From a bacterium (GTDB lineage: Bacteria; Bacillota; Limnochordia; DTU080; RSA5), in contig PKEU01000137.1 of the NCBI GenBank assembly GCA_002919195.1, forward strand, positions 1,602 to 65,601: a stretch of 64,000 bases of DNA, given 5' to 3'. Positions 49,122-58,587 of this stretch are shown here, piece by piece (within the stretch, counting starts at the first letter, position 1; each line of letters begins with the position of its first letter). The translations under genes and the position numbers were made by a program. Below the pieces are notes generated by a model. The model saw only the letters and a list, made by a program, of their open reading frames with translations, had not been told where the DNA came from and made no database searches.

Positions 49122-50423
49122 GTGTCGCAGACCGCCCTCATCACACTCCTCGCCATACTCCTTTTCACCGGCGGTTTTTTTGGCGGCGGCTCGCCGTCGA
49201 AAGACGACGCCGGCCGCGTGCCTCCCCCAGCGACGTCCACCACCGAGGCGTATGGAGTGATCCGGGCCAACACCGTGGCCGTCCACGCGGCCCCCAAAAG
49301 CCGCGAGGTCATCGCCCACCTCGTCCGGGGCGATCAAGTGACGATCCTCGGGGAGACGGACGGCTGGTACCGCATCCGCATGGCTAACGGCCAAGAAGGA
49401 TACGTCAACACGTTCGCCGTCGCGAGCGGATCTACCTCCATCGCGCGTCCAACAAGCGGCAAATACCAGGTCGTCGCATATTACGTGACGGACAGCCGGC
49501 TTCCTTCTTTGCCTTCCCTGCGGGAAAACCTGGACGTCATCACCACGGTGATCCCCTGGATGTGGCAAGTGACCCCCCTCGGGCTGGTTGAGGACTTCAG
49601 CGTCAGCGACGTGGCGGGCGCGCTCCACCTCGCGGGCACCCACGGCATCAAGAGCCACGCCCTCATCCACAATATCGGCGAGACGCAAACGGGGACCGTC
49701 AATTTCAGCGGTAGCATGATCCACCAGGTCCTCGCCGACCCCACGACCCGGTCCCGCACGATCGAGACCATCTACCGGCATCTTGTCAACTGGGGCATGA
49801 ACGGCGTCCACGTGGACTTTGAAAACGTGCAGCCCAGCGACCGGCAAAACCTCAACCAATTTCTCAAAGAGCTCTACGAGCGGATGAAGCCGGCAGGGAT
49901 CGAGGTGTCCATCGCCGTCCCCGCCAAGACGCAGGAAAACTACGTCAACGCCTTCTCGGGCGCCTATGACTATGCTACCATCTCGCGCTACGTCGACGCC
50001 ATGATGATCATGGCTTACGACGAGCACTGGCGGGGCGGGCCTCCGGGGCCGGTCGCCTCGATCGGATGGGTGGAACGCGTGGTGCGCTACGCGATTTCCG
50101 CGGGCGTGCCGCCTGAAAAGATCATCTTGGGAGTGCCGGCCTACGGCTACGACTGGCCGCCCAACGGCCGCGGGCGGGCCGTCACCTACCGGCAGGCCAT
50201 CGAGCAGGCCAGTCAACATGGGGCCAAGATCCAGTGGGACGATACGGCCAAGGTGCCGTACTACCGCTACGCGGGAGGAAGGGAAGTGTGGTTTGAGGAC
50301 CGCTCGAGCCTCTCGCACAAGCTGGAGATCGTGAAAAAGTATGGGCTGGCGGGCATCTCCCTGTGGCGGCTGGGCCAAGAGGATCCTGGGATCTGGTCCG
50401 TGATCCGCGAGCAGCTGCGCTAA
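49122..50423 (+). CDS. GH18 (chitinase-like) spore peptidoglycan hydrolase with an SH3-like domain (YdhD/SleL-like).
   Basis: Signal/TM segment, then an SH3b-like domain (GWYRIRMANGQEGYVNT), then a GH18 catalytic domain (VHVDFEN, MAYDEHW). GTG start at 49122 follows GGAGG. Confidence 0.75.
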   Translation: MSQTALITLLAILLFTGGFFGGGSPSKDDAGRVPPPATSTTEAYGVIRANTVAVHAAPKSREVIAHLVRGDQVTILGETDGWYRIRMANGQEGYVNTFAVASGSTSIARPTSGKYQVVAYYVTDSRLPSLPSLRENLDVITTVIPWMWQVTPLGLVEDFSVSDVAGALHLAGTHGIKSHALIHNIGETQTGTVNFSGSMIHQVLADPTTRSRTIETIYRHLVNWGMNGVHVDFENVQPSDRQNLNQFLKELYERMKPAGIEVSIAVPAKTQENYVNAFSGAYDYATISRYVDAMMIMAYDEHWRGGPPGPVASIGWVERVVRYAISAGVPPEKIILGVPAYGYDWPPNGRGRAVTYRQAIEQASQHGAKIQWDDTAKVPYYRYAGGREVWFEDRSSLSHKLEIVKKYGLAGISLWRLGQEDPGIWSVIREQLR

Positions 50424-50451
50424 GACCTAGCCGCCCGCCCCAAAAGGCGCA

Positions 50452-51213
50452 TTACTCCGCCTGCATCATCTGCCACAAGGGCACGAGGCGAAACCCCTTC
50501 TCCTGAAGCCCTTCGATCATCCGGGGAAGCGCTTCGACGGTCTGGGGTTTGGGATGCATCAAGACGATGGCGCCGTGCCGGGCCCGGGGGACGACGCGCT
50601 CGAGGATGGTGTCGGGCGGAGGTTCTTGCCAGTCGATCGTGTCCAGTGTCCACAGGGTGGTGAAGTAACCCAGCTCGGCGGCCACTTGCACCACCCTGTG
50701 GTTTTGTTCTCCGTAAGGAGGGGCAAAGAGCGGCACCGGGCGGACGCCCGTCGCCTGCTCCAACACCTGAGTGTTGGCCGCGATCATCTCCGTGAGCTGC
50801 TTTCGGGAAAGCTGGGTCGGGTGGGCGTGGGAGAGGCCGTGATTTCCGATCTCATGCCCTCGCGAGGCGATCTCCCGGGCAAGGTCGGGAAAAGCCCGGG
50901 CCCATCGCCCCGTTAAGAAAAAAGTCGCTTTCACGGCGTACTGGTCCAAGATGTCCAACATCTCAACGAGCTCGTCGTTTCCCCAGTCGACGTTGATGGT
51001 GAGCGCCATCATCCCTTCGGCCGACGGCACTTCTCGTACGGGCTGGTCGAGGCTGAGTTCGGGGCGCACAGGGGCTGCGGGTGTGACGCTGGCCGCAAGA
51101 TCCTTCCCGGAAAACAGGGCGGACCACGCTCCGGCGATCAGCCCGGCGACGAAAAAGAAAACCGCAAGCTGCCTGCGGGTGACGACGATGATCCCCCACT
51201 GGCCCCGGGTCAC
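50452..51213 (-). CDS. Polysaccharide deacetylase (NodB domain; PdaA-like sporulation type).
   Basis: NodB motifs (TINVDWGND, HEIGNHGLSH) are present. Confidence 0.8.
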   Translation of the reverse strand: MTRGQWGIIVVTRRQLAVFFFVAGLIAGAWSALFSGKDLAASVTPAAPVRPELSLDQPVREVPSAEGMMALTINVDWGNDELVEMLDILDQYAVKATFFLTGRWARAFPDLAREIASRGHEIGNHGLSHAHPTQLSRKQLTEMIAANTQVLEQATGVRPVPLFAPPYGEQNHRVVQVAAELGYFTTLWTLDTIDWQEPPPDTILERVVPRARHGAIVLMHPKPQTVEALPRMIEGLQEKGFRLVPLWQMMQAE

Positions 51214-52010
51214 TGGCCCTCCTCCTCCGGGCGCTGCTCTGCAGCAGGCAATCTCTTTTGGATTCCCGAGTGGCTTTCGATCATGTAATGATCTTGATAG
51301 ATCAGTTCCGAGATGGGCACGATCTCGTACCCCGCCGCCTTCAGCTTAGGCAAGAGCCGCCGCACCGCTTCGGGAGTGTGCTTGCCGGCGTTGTGAAACA
51401 GGATGATCTCGCCAGGCCCCGCCCTCTCCATGATCCTTTGCACCATGAAGTCGGCGCTCACATCCTTCCAGTCGAGGGAATCGATGGACCACTGGATCGT
51501 GAAATACCCTAACTCCTCGGCGACTTCGATCACCTTGTTGCTGTACTCGCCAAAGGGCGGCCGGAAGAGGAAGGGTTCGGTCCCCGTCAGCTCCTTGAGG
51601 AGGTTGTGGTTGCGCAGGAGGTCGTTTTTGATCTGTTCCCGGGTCAAGCTGTTCATGTGGGGGTGCTCGTAGGAGTGGTTTCCGACCTCATGTCCCCGCG
51701 CGACGATCTGCTGGACGTGCTCGGGATACTTCTCTGCCCAGTAACCGGCAAGAAAGAACGTCGTCTTGACGCCGTGCTCGTCCAAGATTTCAAGGAGTTC
51801 CCCGGTCTGATCCGCCCCCCACGTGGCATCAAAGGAGATGGAGAGCTTCCGGTCGTCTCGTTCCACCTTGTAAATAGGGACTCGGCGGCCTGAGATCGCT
51901 GTGGAGACCATAGCGGCCAGAGGCGCGACCGCCTGGGTCGCGACCCAGACGCCGACGACGACGATCAACAGGCCCACGAGGAGGCGGCGCCCCTGGATGA
52001 CGATGAGCAT
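51210..52010 (-). CDS. Polysaccharide deacetylase (PdaB-like).
   Basis: NodB motifs (FDATWGAD, HEVGNHSYEH) are present. Its stop overlaps the downstream deacetylase gene (ATGA). Confidence 0.8.
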   Translation of the reverse strand: MLIVIQGRRLLVGLLIVVVGVWVATQAVAPLAAMVSTAISGRRVPIYKVERDDRKLSISFDATWGADQTGELLEILDEHGVKTTFFLAGYWAEKYPEHVQQIVARGHEVGNHSYEHPHMNSLTREQIKNDLLRNHNLLKELTGTEPFLFRPPFGEYSNKVIEVAEELGYFTIQWSIDSLDWKDVSADFMVQRIMERAGPGEIILFHNAGKHTPEAVRRLLPKLKAAGYEIVPISELIYQDHYMIESHSGIQKRLPAAEQRPEEEGQ

Positions 52011-52080
52011 GAGCCCCTCACCTCCGCTGGCACACTCCCTACATGGCTATGTGGACGGGCGAAAGGGTATGTCGAGGGCC

Positions 52081-54207
52081 TCATCCCAGAAAACGCTCGA
52101 TCGCCGCGGCGATGGAGGACGTATCGCCGCTGATCCGGCGGCAGGGAGGAAGGGAATCGAGAAAGACGCGCCCGTACGCCTTTTCATGGATACGGCGATC
52201 CAGGATGACGACGGCGCCCCGGTCCGCCCGTGTCCGGATCAACCGGCCGAAACCCTGTTTGAGCTTAAGGACGGCCCGGGGCAGCGCGTACTCGGCGAAG
52301 GGCGAGCGGCCCATCTCTTGGAGCCTTTCGGACCGGGCCGCGGAGATGGGCTCGGTCGGCACGTCAAAAGGCAGGCGGGTCAGCACCACCAGGGAAAGAG
52401 CCTCCCCCGGCACGTCAACGCCTTCCCAAAAGCTGTCGGTCCCCAGGAGCACGGCCCCCTTCCCGCGGCGAAACGCATCGAGAAGCCGGGTCCGGGGCGC
52501 TTCCCCCTGGGCCAGAAGTTCGAGGCCGAGCTCTCTCAAGGCTGGAGCGAGCTTGATCCTGACGCGTTCCAGCAACGCGATGGAGGTAAACAAGACGAGC
52601 GCCCGGCCGCGGCTTGCCGCCACTAGCGTTTCCAGGGCCAGGGGCAGCCGTTCTGCATACTCGGGGTGGGCGGGATCAGGAAGATCGACGGCGATGCCCA
52701 AGAGCGCTTGGCTTTCGTAGTCGAAGGGGGACGCGATGCTCAGTTCGTGCACGTCCATCCTGCCAGCGACGGGACGTGCGCCATGGAGGCCCAGCCGCTC
52801 TTTGAAATAGCGGAAGGAGCGGTCTACGGTCAGCGTCGCCGAGACCAGGACGATGCTCCGGCACTGGGCGGCGATCCATTCGTACACCAGAGGGCCCACG
52901 TCGATGGGAGCCGAAAGGAGCCGGACGTGCTCCTTGATCCCTCCCTCTCGTTCGAGCCAGTACACCTGCTCAAGGGTGTCGAGCTGTGAAAAATGCTGCA
53001 GGCTCACGCCGAGCGCCCGCAGCCGGTAGCTGGCCGCCCGGAGCTGGGCTATGAGCGTGAGCGCGGCGCCCTCCGGTTCTCCATCGCTTTCCAGGTCTTG
53101 CGCCTCCGCCTCGAGCATGGCGGCAAGCGCTTCCACCTCGCTCACGGCCGCGCGGGAAGGCAGGGCCGCCTCCACCTGCCACCGAGCCGCGTCCTCCCCG
53201 GCGATGCGCTCTCCCGGCCAGCGGCGGGCCAGCGACAGGACGCCGTCCACGGCGGCTTCCGACCTGTGGATCGCGGGGATCAGCTCCTGCTCGATCCGGG
53301 TCAGACGCTCCCACGCTCCCCGCTCACTCAAAATTCGCCGGAGTCCCGCGACGACGCCCCGGCCTCTCCCGCCCTGGGCGCGATAGATGCGGCCAAAAAG
53401 CTGGGCTACGCCCCGGGACGTAAGGGCGACGCCCAGGTGGTCGGTGGCCACGTCCTCGAGGTGGTGCGCTTCGTCGACGATCACCGTATCGTAGCCGGGT
53501 AACACGGCAGTATCCGGGCTCCAGTCCAGCTGCCGGCGGACCGCCACGTCGCTGAAAAGGAGGTGGTGATTGACCACCAGGAGGTGAGCGCTGGCCATCT
53601 CGGTCCGGTCTCGGATCAAAGGGCACCGCTCAAAGTGCGGGCAGCGGTTGCGCAGGCAGCTGTCGCTTTCGGCGCACACTTCGTCCCAGACGGCGGCAGT
53701 GGGCTGAAAAGGAAGATCCGACAGCGTGCCGTCCTCGGTCTCACGCGCCCAGGCCGCGATCTGGGAAAGCTCGCGGTCGTGCTCGGGCTCCAGCAAGTCG
53801 CCGGGCGCCGAGAGCGCGGTCTCCAGCCGCAGGTAGCAAAGGTAGTTGCGCCACCCCTTGACCAATGCCGCCTTGAGGTCGGGGAAGATCGTTTGCACGA
53901 CGGGGATGTCTTTCCCGATCAGCTGCTCTTGGAGCGAAATGGTGTAGGTCGAAACCACCACCGGCTTCGTCTCACCGAGGGCGTAAAGGGCCGCCGGGAT
54001 CAGGTAGGCGAGCGATTTTCCCGTGCCGGTCCCCGCTTCAAAAAGGCCCACGTCGCCCCGGGAAAGCGTCCGCATCACGTGCAGGGCCATCTCCTCTTGC
54101 TCGCGGCGGTGCTCGTACTCGGGCAAGAGCTCCGCTAGCCTTCCGCCGGGGCCAAAGTATTGCCCGATCAGGGACTTTCCCTTAAGGGCGGCGCCGCTCG
54201 CCTCCAT
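52081..54207 (-). CDS. ATP-dependent DNA helicase, DinG/Rad3 family (no exonuclease domain; YpvA-like).
   Basis: Walker A (EAGTGTGKSLAYL), a DEAH box (VIVDEAHHL) and the Helicase_C_2 C-terminal region are present. Confidence 0.8.
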   Translation of the reverse strand: MEASGAALKGKSLIGQYFGPGGRLAELLPEYEHRREQEEMALHVMRTLSRGDVGLFEAGTGTGKSLAYLIPAALYALGETKPVVVSTYTISLQEQLIGKDIPVVQTIFPDLKAALVKGWRNYLCYLRLETALSAPGDLLEPEHDRELSQIAAWARETEDGTLSDLPFQPTAAVWDEVCAESDSCLRNRCPHFERCPLIRDRTEMASAHLLVVNHHLLFSDVAVRRQLDWSPDTAVLPGYDTVIVDEAHHLEDVATDHLGVALTSRGVAQLFGRIYRAQGGRGRGVVAGLRRILSERGAWERLTRIEQELIPAIHRSEAAVDGVLSLARRWPGERIAGEDAARWQVEAALPSRAAVSEVEALAAMLEAEAQDLESDGEPEGAALTLIAQLRAASYRLRALGVSLQHFSQLDTLEQVYWLEREGGIKEHVRLLSAPIDVGPLVYEWIAAQCRSIVLVSATLTVDRSFRYFKERLGLHGARPVAGRMDVHELSIASPFDYESQALLGIAVDLPDPAHPEYAERLPLALETLVAASRGRALVLFTSIALLERVRIKLAPALRELGLELLAQGEAPRTRLLDAFRRGKGAVLLGTDSFWEGVDVPGEALSLVVLTRLPFDVPTEPISAARSERLQEMGRSPFAEYALPRAVLKLKQGFGRLIRTRADRGAVVILDRRIHEKAYGRVFLDSLPPCRRISGDTSSIAAAIERFLG

Positions 54208-54312
54208 CTGACAAAGCCTCCTCGCGCCCCTGGACGAAAGCGCAGGTTTTCCCCCTTACGCTTCGCCCCAGGTCGCGGGCTCCCCTTTTCGCCCCCTTTT
54301 TGGAGGTAGCGA

Positions 54313-55239
54313 TCAGCGGCCCCAGCGGTCGAGGCGCGAAAGCAGCGGCACGGACTCGATCAAAGCGGAAAGCGAGCGGCGTTCGGCGTAAAGGTGCATA
54401 AGGAGCAAGAGCGCGACGACGAGGACCTGCCACGAGAAAGGAGCCGACGCCCACACGATGCCTGCAGCGGCGCCCAGGACGTTGGCGCCGGTATCCCCCA
54501 GCATCAGAGTTCCTTTGTGATCCGGGCGCCACAGGGCGCACGCGGCTCCTATGGGCGCGGCGGCGTGTACGATCGAGGCCCCGGCCCAGGCGCCAGGATG
54601 CTGCCACGCTGCGCCGGTCCCGAGGATAAAGCTGACAAGAGCTCCCTTGAGAGCCCGTCCGGGCCGGACATCGAGGAGGTTCATCGCGTTGGCGAAGAGC
54701 GCGATCAAGAGGCCGCCGACGAGCCCCGCGAGCGTCGGGCCGTGGAGCCAAAGGCCCCCGACGAGGCCGAGCGCTCCTCCAAAGAGTGCCTTGAAGCTCC
54801 CGGTCGTGGGCCGGCCCGAGAGCAACGCCCGGAGATGCCCTTTAAGCCCTCTGGTTTCCCGGTTTCCCAGCGCGTCGTCCAGCAGTCCCAAGAGCGCCAT
54901 GCCAAAGAGCAGCGCGATCCATAAAGCGGTCGGGGCGCTAAAGCGAGATTCTCCCTCACCTCCCGCGGGAATGAGGAGGAAGAGCCCCCATGGTGCGAGC
55001 GACGCCAAGGGAATGACGATCCCCGCCCCCGTGGCAAGCTCGTCCCCCCGGTAGTTGCGTCGGACCAGCCCCCCTTGGGTCAAGAGGAAAAGGGCCGGCG
55101 GCAACAGCGCGCGGGCGGTCCCATACGCCAAAAGGCCGGCGGCCAAGGCCGCAACAAGGATCAACGTGCTACCTCCCCCAAGGCTTTTCGGCGCCTTTCC
55201 CAGGCCAACCGTCCCAAGGTGACGAGAACCGCCCCACAT
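54313..55239 (-). CDS. MraY/WecA-family polyprenol-phosphate sugar-1-phosphate transferase-like membrane protein.
   Basis: Multi-TM protein with NAMNLLD and LMLGDTGANVLG motifs (compare VFMGDTGSLxLG in MraY/WecA). The start is uncertain because the track ORF overlaps the upstream GT2 gene. Confidence 0.55.
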   Translation of the reverse strand: MWGGSRHLGTVGLGKAPKSLGGGSTLILVAALAAGLLAYGTARALLPPALFLLTQGGLVRRNYRGDELATGAGIVIPLASLAPWGLFLLIPAGGEGESRFSAPTALWIALLFGMALLGLLDDALGNRETRGLKGHLRALLSGRPTTGSFKALFGGALGLVGGLWLHGPTLAGLVGGLLIALFANAMNLLDVRPGRALKGALVSFILGTGAAWQHPGAWAGASIVHAAAPIGAACALWRPDHKGTLMLGDTGANVLGAAAGIVWASAPFSWQVLVVALLLLMHLYAERRSLSALIESVPLLSRLDRWGR

Positions 55240-55865
55240 TGCCGGCCCCGGTGAAAGAAGCCCGCGAGATTCTTCCCGGTTTCCCGGTGGCTGAGCGCGA
55301 TGGGAACTTCGATGACGTCAAGCCCTCGTTCGATCGCCTTGACGGTCATCGCCACTTCGACGCCCCACCCGGCGGGAAACGCGGCGGCAAGATCCAGCGC
55401 CCTGCGGGACAAGGCCCTCTGCCCCGAGAGGGGGCTTGCGAAAAGGCGGCCCGTGAGCCGGTAAATGCCCGCCGCTGCGATCCTTTTCGCCAGGCCAAAC
55501 CCTCCTCGGGACGAAAAAGAAGCGATGGCAAGATCCTTTCCCTGCTCCCGCACCGCCTGCACCAAGGGAACAAGGCGAGCCGCCGCCGGCCCAAGATCCG
55601 CGTCCGCGAGCAGCAGGACGTCGACGCCCGCGCCCCCTCGCAGCACTTCCTCGACGCCGCGGCGAAGCGCCCGGCCTTTTCCCCCGTTGCGAGAAAGGGC
55701 CACAACGGCCGCTCCCGCTCTCCTCGCCCGCTCTCCTGTGGCGTCGTGCGAGCCGTCGTCGACCACGACTACCCGGTCGCAGCGCACGCCCTTATAGAGG
55801 GCCGCCACGGTGGCTTCAATCCGCTCCTCTTCGTTAAACGCCGGCACCACGGCCCACAAGCTCAC
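55161..55865 (-). CDS. GT2-family glycosyltransferase (polyprenol-phosphate glycosyltransferase-like).
   Basis: Carries VVPAFNEEERI...VVVVDDGSHD...LLADAD. A GTG start at 55865 follows GGGAG. Confidence 0.7.
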   Translation of the reverse strand: MSLWAVVPAFNEEERIEATVAALYKGVRCDRVVVVDDGSHDATGERARRAGAAVVALSRNGGKGRALRRGVEEVLRGGAGVDVLLLADADLGPAAARLVPLVQAVREQGKDLAIASFSSRGGFGLAKRIAAAGIYRLTGRLFASPLSGQRALSRRALDLAAAFPAGWGVEVAMTVKAIERGLDVIEVPIALSHRETGKNLAGFFHRGRQCGAVLVTLGRLAWERRRKALGEVAR

Positions 55866-56614
55866 GTGCCGCCGCTCCCTGTCGTGGCGCCCAGCAAGTG
55901 CTTGGGCCAGAGGGGAAGATCCTCTCCCGCGCCGTAGCGCCCCGCCTCCCCTGCCTCGAGGAGGAGGACGAGGCTGAGTTCCCCGGCAGGGGAACGCCCG
56001 TGGGTCAGGTACGGCACGTCCCAAGCGGCGAGAGGGTCGCGCCAACTGGAAGGGTCTTCGACGACGGCCACCAGGGGGCGCCCGGATTGCCGCGCTTCCC
56101 GGAGGAGCTCTTCCCAGGGCGCCCGGCGCTCTGCGTCCCCTTCTCCCACGATGGCCACGACCCCGTCGACGCCGGCGACGAGCTCCGGGAGGGCCGGATC
56201 GTCCCGACGAGGGTTCGTTCCCCCCACAGCGCCGGCCTGGACCGGCCCCACTACAGCGGCGCCCGCCCGCTCCAGAGCCTGCACCACTGCGTCGACGCTC
56301 GCCGGATTTTCCCCCACCGAAACCACTCCGAAAGTGCGCCCCTCCAACCGCCCCGCAACCACGGCGGCCACCAGGTCCGCGCTAAAGGCGCGGTAGAGGT
56401 CGCGCTCGGCCTCAGCCGCAGCCAGCCGCCCCGCCACCTCTCGCCGCTCAAGGCGGAGGGCTTCCAACTCCTTTTCGATGGCCTGGATCCACTGCTCCCC
56501 AAGTTCACGACCCTGTCCGCCTGAAGCGAGCGACATGCCTACGAGGATGCCGAGCCCCAAAGCGAAAAAGATGGCGACCAGCGACGCCAGGTGGTAGCGG
56601 ATATCCACGACCAT
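55862..56614 (-). CDS. SteB/MctB-like (DUF3186) membrane protein.
   Basis: N-terminus MVVDIRYHLASLVAIFFALGLGILVG, resembling MctB/SteB, followed by a coiled coil. It lies immediately downstream of the SteA homolog. Confidence 0.55.
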   Translation of the reverse strand: MVVDIRYHLASLVAIFFALGLGILVGMSLASGGQGRELGEQWIQAIEKELEALRLERREVAGRLAAAEAERDLYRAFSADLVAAVVAGRLEGRTFGVVSVGENPASVDAVVQALERAGAAVVGPVQAGAVGGTNPRRDDPALPELVAGVDGVVAIVGEGDAERRAPWEELLREARQSGRPLVAVVEDPSSWRDPLAAWDVPYLTHGRSPAGELSLVLLLEAGEAGRYGAGEDLPLWPKHLLGATTGSGGT

Positions 56615-56621
56615 GCGGCCA

Positions 56622-57812
56622 TCACATCCCCAGCGAGAGGCGGGCGTAAACGAGAAAGAGACGGAACAGCTGGCGCACCGGCGCCGAAAGCAGCGCAACC
56701 AGCGCCAAGGGCAACAAAGCCGCGATCAAGACCAGGAGCGAGTAGCGCCTTTTGGGCTGACCCCGGTACACTTGGCTCAAGCCCTTCGCGTCCACCAGGA
56801 TGCTCCCCACTTTGAGGCGGACCAAAAAGGTGCTGGCCATCCCCCGCCTTCCCTTTTCAAAGAAGTCGACGATGTTGGAGTGGGTGCCGACGGCCACGAT
56901 GAGCCGGGCTCCCAGCTCGTACGCCATGAGCAGGGCAACGTCTTCACTGGTGCCGACCGAAGCCACCTCATGCCACGAAAGCCCTAGCCGCGCCAGCCGC
57001 TCTCTGCCCGGCGCTCTTCCGTCGGGATACGCGTGGACCACCAGCTCCGCGCCGGAAAAGAGCGCCGCGTCGCTCACACTGTCCATGTCGCCCACGATGA
57101 TGTGGGGAGAAAAACCCAGCTCGAGCAGGGCGTCAGCCCCACCGTCGACCCCGATGGTCACCGGGCGCACCTCGTCGATGTACGAAGCGATGGCCCGCAG
57201 GTCTTCACGGTAACCCGGTCCTCGCACCACGACGACGACGGGCCGGCCGTCAATTTCGACTTTGAGCTTTGGGAACCGGACGGAGCCGAGGATGATCCCC
57301 TTCTCGCGGCGGGCGTACTGCAGCGTGTTTTCCACGAAGGCTTCTATCTCGGAGGCAATGTTTTCCCGGGCCTTCTCATAGGCTGCGTCCACCCACTCCC
57401 GGGTCAGCTCCCTGCCCTCCGCGATGAGGGCGCCCTCGCGGTAGAGGCGCCCGTTATCGATCTCCACCCAGTCGCCGTCCGCGAGCTTTTCGAAAACCTC
57501 GCCACCCACGTTGTCCAAGATCGGGATCCCAGCTTCGAGCAGGATGGAAGGGCCGGGATTGGGGTACCGCCCGCTGATCGACGGGCGGGCGTTGACCACG
57601 GCCGCGGGTTTGCGGTCGACAAGCCCCCGGGCCGCCACTTCGTCCAAATCCTCGTGGTCGAGGATGGCCACTTCGCCCGGCTCCAGCCGGGAGACCAGCT
57701 CCTTGGTCCTCCGCCCAAGTCGCGCCCTGCCCCGCACCGGCAAAGCCTCCCCAGCCGCATTCGGCGCAAAAAGAAAAAAGGGAGCACCTGCTCCCTTAGT
57801 ATCGGTGTCCAT
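56622..57812 (-). CDS. Putative cytokinetic-ring protein SteA (thiamine-pyrophosphokinase-like domain).
   Basis: 396 aa with a TPK-like catalytic fold (HIIVGDMDS) and a C-terminal TM. It is the homolog of Corynebacterium SteA/Mtb Rv1697, and is paired with an MctB-like gene. Confidence 0.6.
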   Translation of the reverse strand: MDTDTKGAGAPFFLFAPNAAGEALPVRGRARLGRRTKELVSRLEPGEVAILDHEDLDEVAARGLVDRKPAAVVNARPSISGRYPNPGPSILLEAGIPILDNVGGEVFEKLADGDWVEIDNGRLYREGALIAEGRELTREWVDAAYEKARENIASEIEAFVENTLQYARREKGIILGSVRFPKLKVEIDGRPVVVVVRGPGYREDLRAIASYIDEVRPVTIGVDGGADALLELGFSPHIIVGDMDSVSDAALFSGAELVVHAYPDGRAPGRERLARLGLSWHEVASVGTSEDVALLMAYELGARLIVAVGTHSNIVDFFEKGRRGMASTFLVRLKVGSILVDAKGLSQVYRGQPKRRYSLLVLIAALLPLALVALLSAPVRQLFRLFLVYARLSLGM

Positions 57813-57831
57813 CGCCGCTGGTATACGGCGC

Positions 57832-58587
57832 TTAGCTTGCCATCATCTCCATCCGCACCTGGTCTGCCAGGCGGGCGATAAACGAGGAGTTGGTCGGTTT
57901 CCCCTTATTGGCGTCAATGGAATAGGCAAAGAGCCGCTCGATGGAGTCAAGATTGCCCCGGGTCCAGGTGGATTCGATCGCGTGGCGGATCGCCCGCTCC
58001 ACCTTTTCCGGGCTGCTCTTTCGCATTTGGGCCACCAAGGGGTAGAGCTTGGTGGTGACGTGTCCCAGGAGGTCGGGATCGAGCGCCACCAGCGTCACGG
58101 CGTCTTTCAGATACATGTACCCTTTGAAGTGGGGAGGAACGCCGAGGGTGGAGAGCTGCTTTGCCACTTGCTTCTCGATCAACTGCCTCCTGCGCTCCTG
58201 CTGGAAGGTGGCAGCCGCTGACGCCGGGTCGGCGATCTGCCGCACGCGGACGATCAGCGTCGGGATGTCAAAGGGCTTCATAATGTAGTAGTCGGCCCCG
58301 AGGTTGGACGCCCTTTGGATGAGATTTTCATGGCCAAAGGCGGTGAGCATCAACACCTTGGGCCGGTGCTCAGCGCCCCGTATCGCCTCGAGGACGCCGA
58401 GCCCGTCGAGGCTGGGCATCACGTGGTCGAGGATGATCAGGTCGGGAGAGTGCTCGCGTATGGCGGCCAGCGCCGCTTCACCATCGTGCACGCAGGCGAT
58501 GCACTCCATGTCCTCTTGGGCATTGATCGCCTCACGCAAGATCTCGCAAAATTCAACATTGTCATCGGCCAGCAGGATACGGATCAT
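57832..58587 (-). CDS. spo0A: Stage 0 sporulation response regulator Spo0A.
   Basis: Receiver domain (MIRILLADDN...IILDHVMPSLDG) followed by a C-terminal DNA-binding domain carrying the SFIARLAD signature. Confidence 0.9.
   Translation of the reverse strand: MIRILLADDNVEFCEILREAINAQEDMECIACVHDGEAALAAIREHSPDLIILDHVMPSLDGLGVLEAIRGAEHRPKVLMLTAFGHENLIQRASNLGADYYIMKPFDIPTLIVRVRQIADPASAAATFQQERRRQLIEKQVAKQLSTLGVPPHFKGYMYLKDAVTLVALDPDLLGHVTTKLYPLVAQMRKSSPEKVERAIRHAIESTWTRGNLDSIERLFAYSIDANKGKPTNSSFIARLADQVRMEMMAS

Noticed and set aside
48990-50378. 462-aa minus-strand ORF.
   Set aside because: Antisense to the GH18/SH3 spore hydrolase gene. Low-complexity Arg/Gly/Asp composition.
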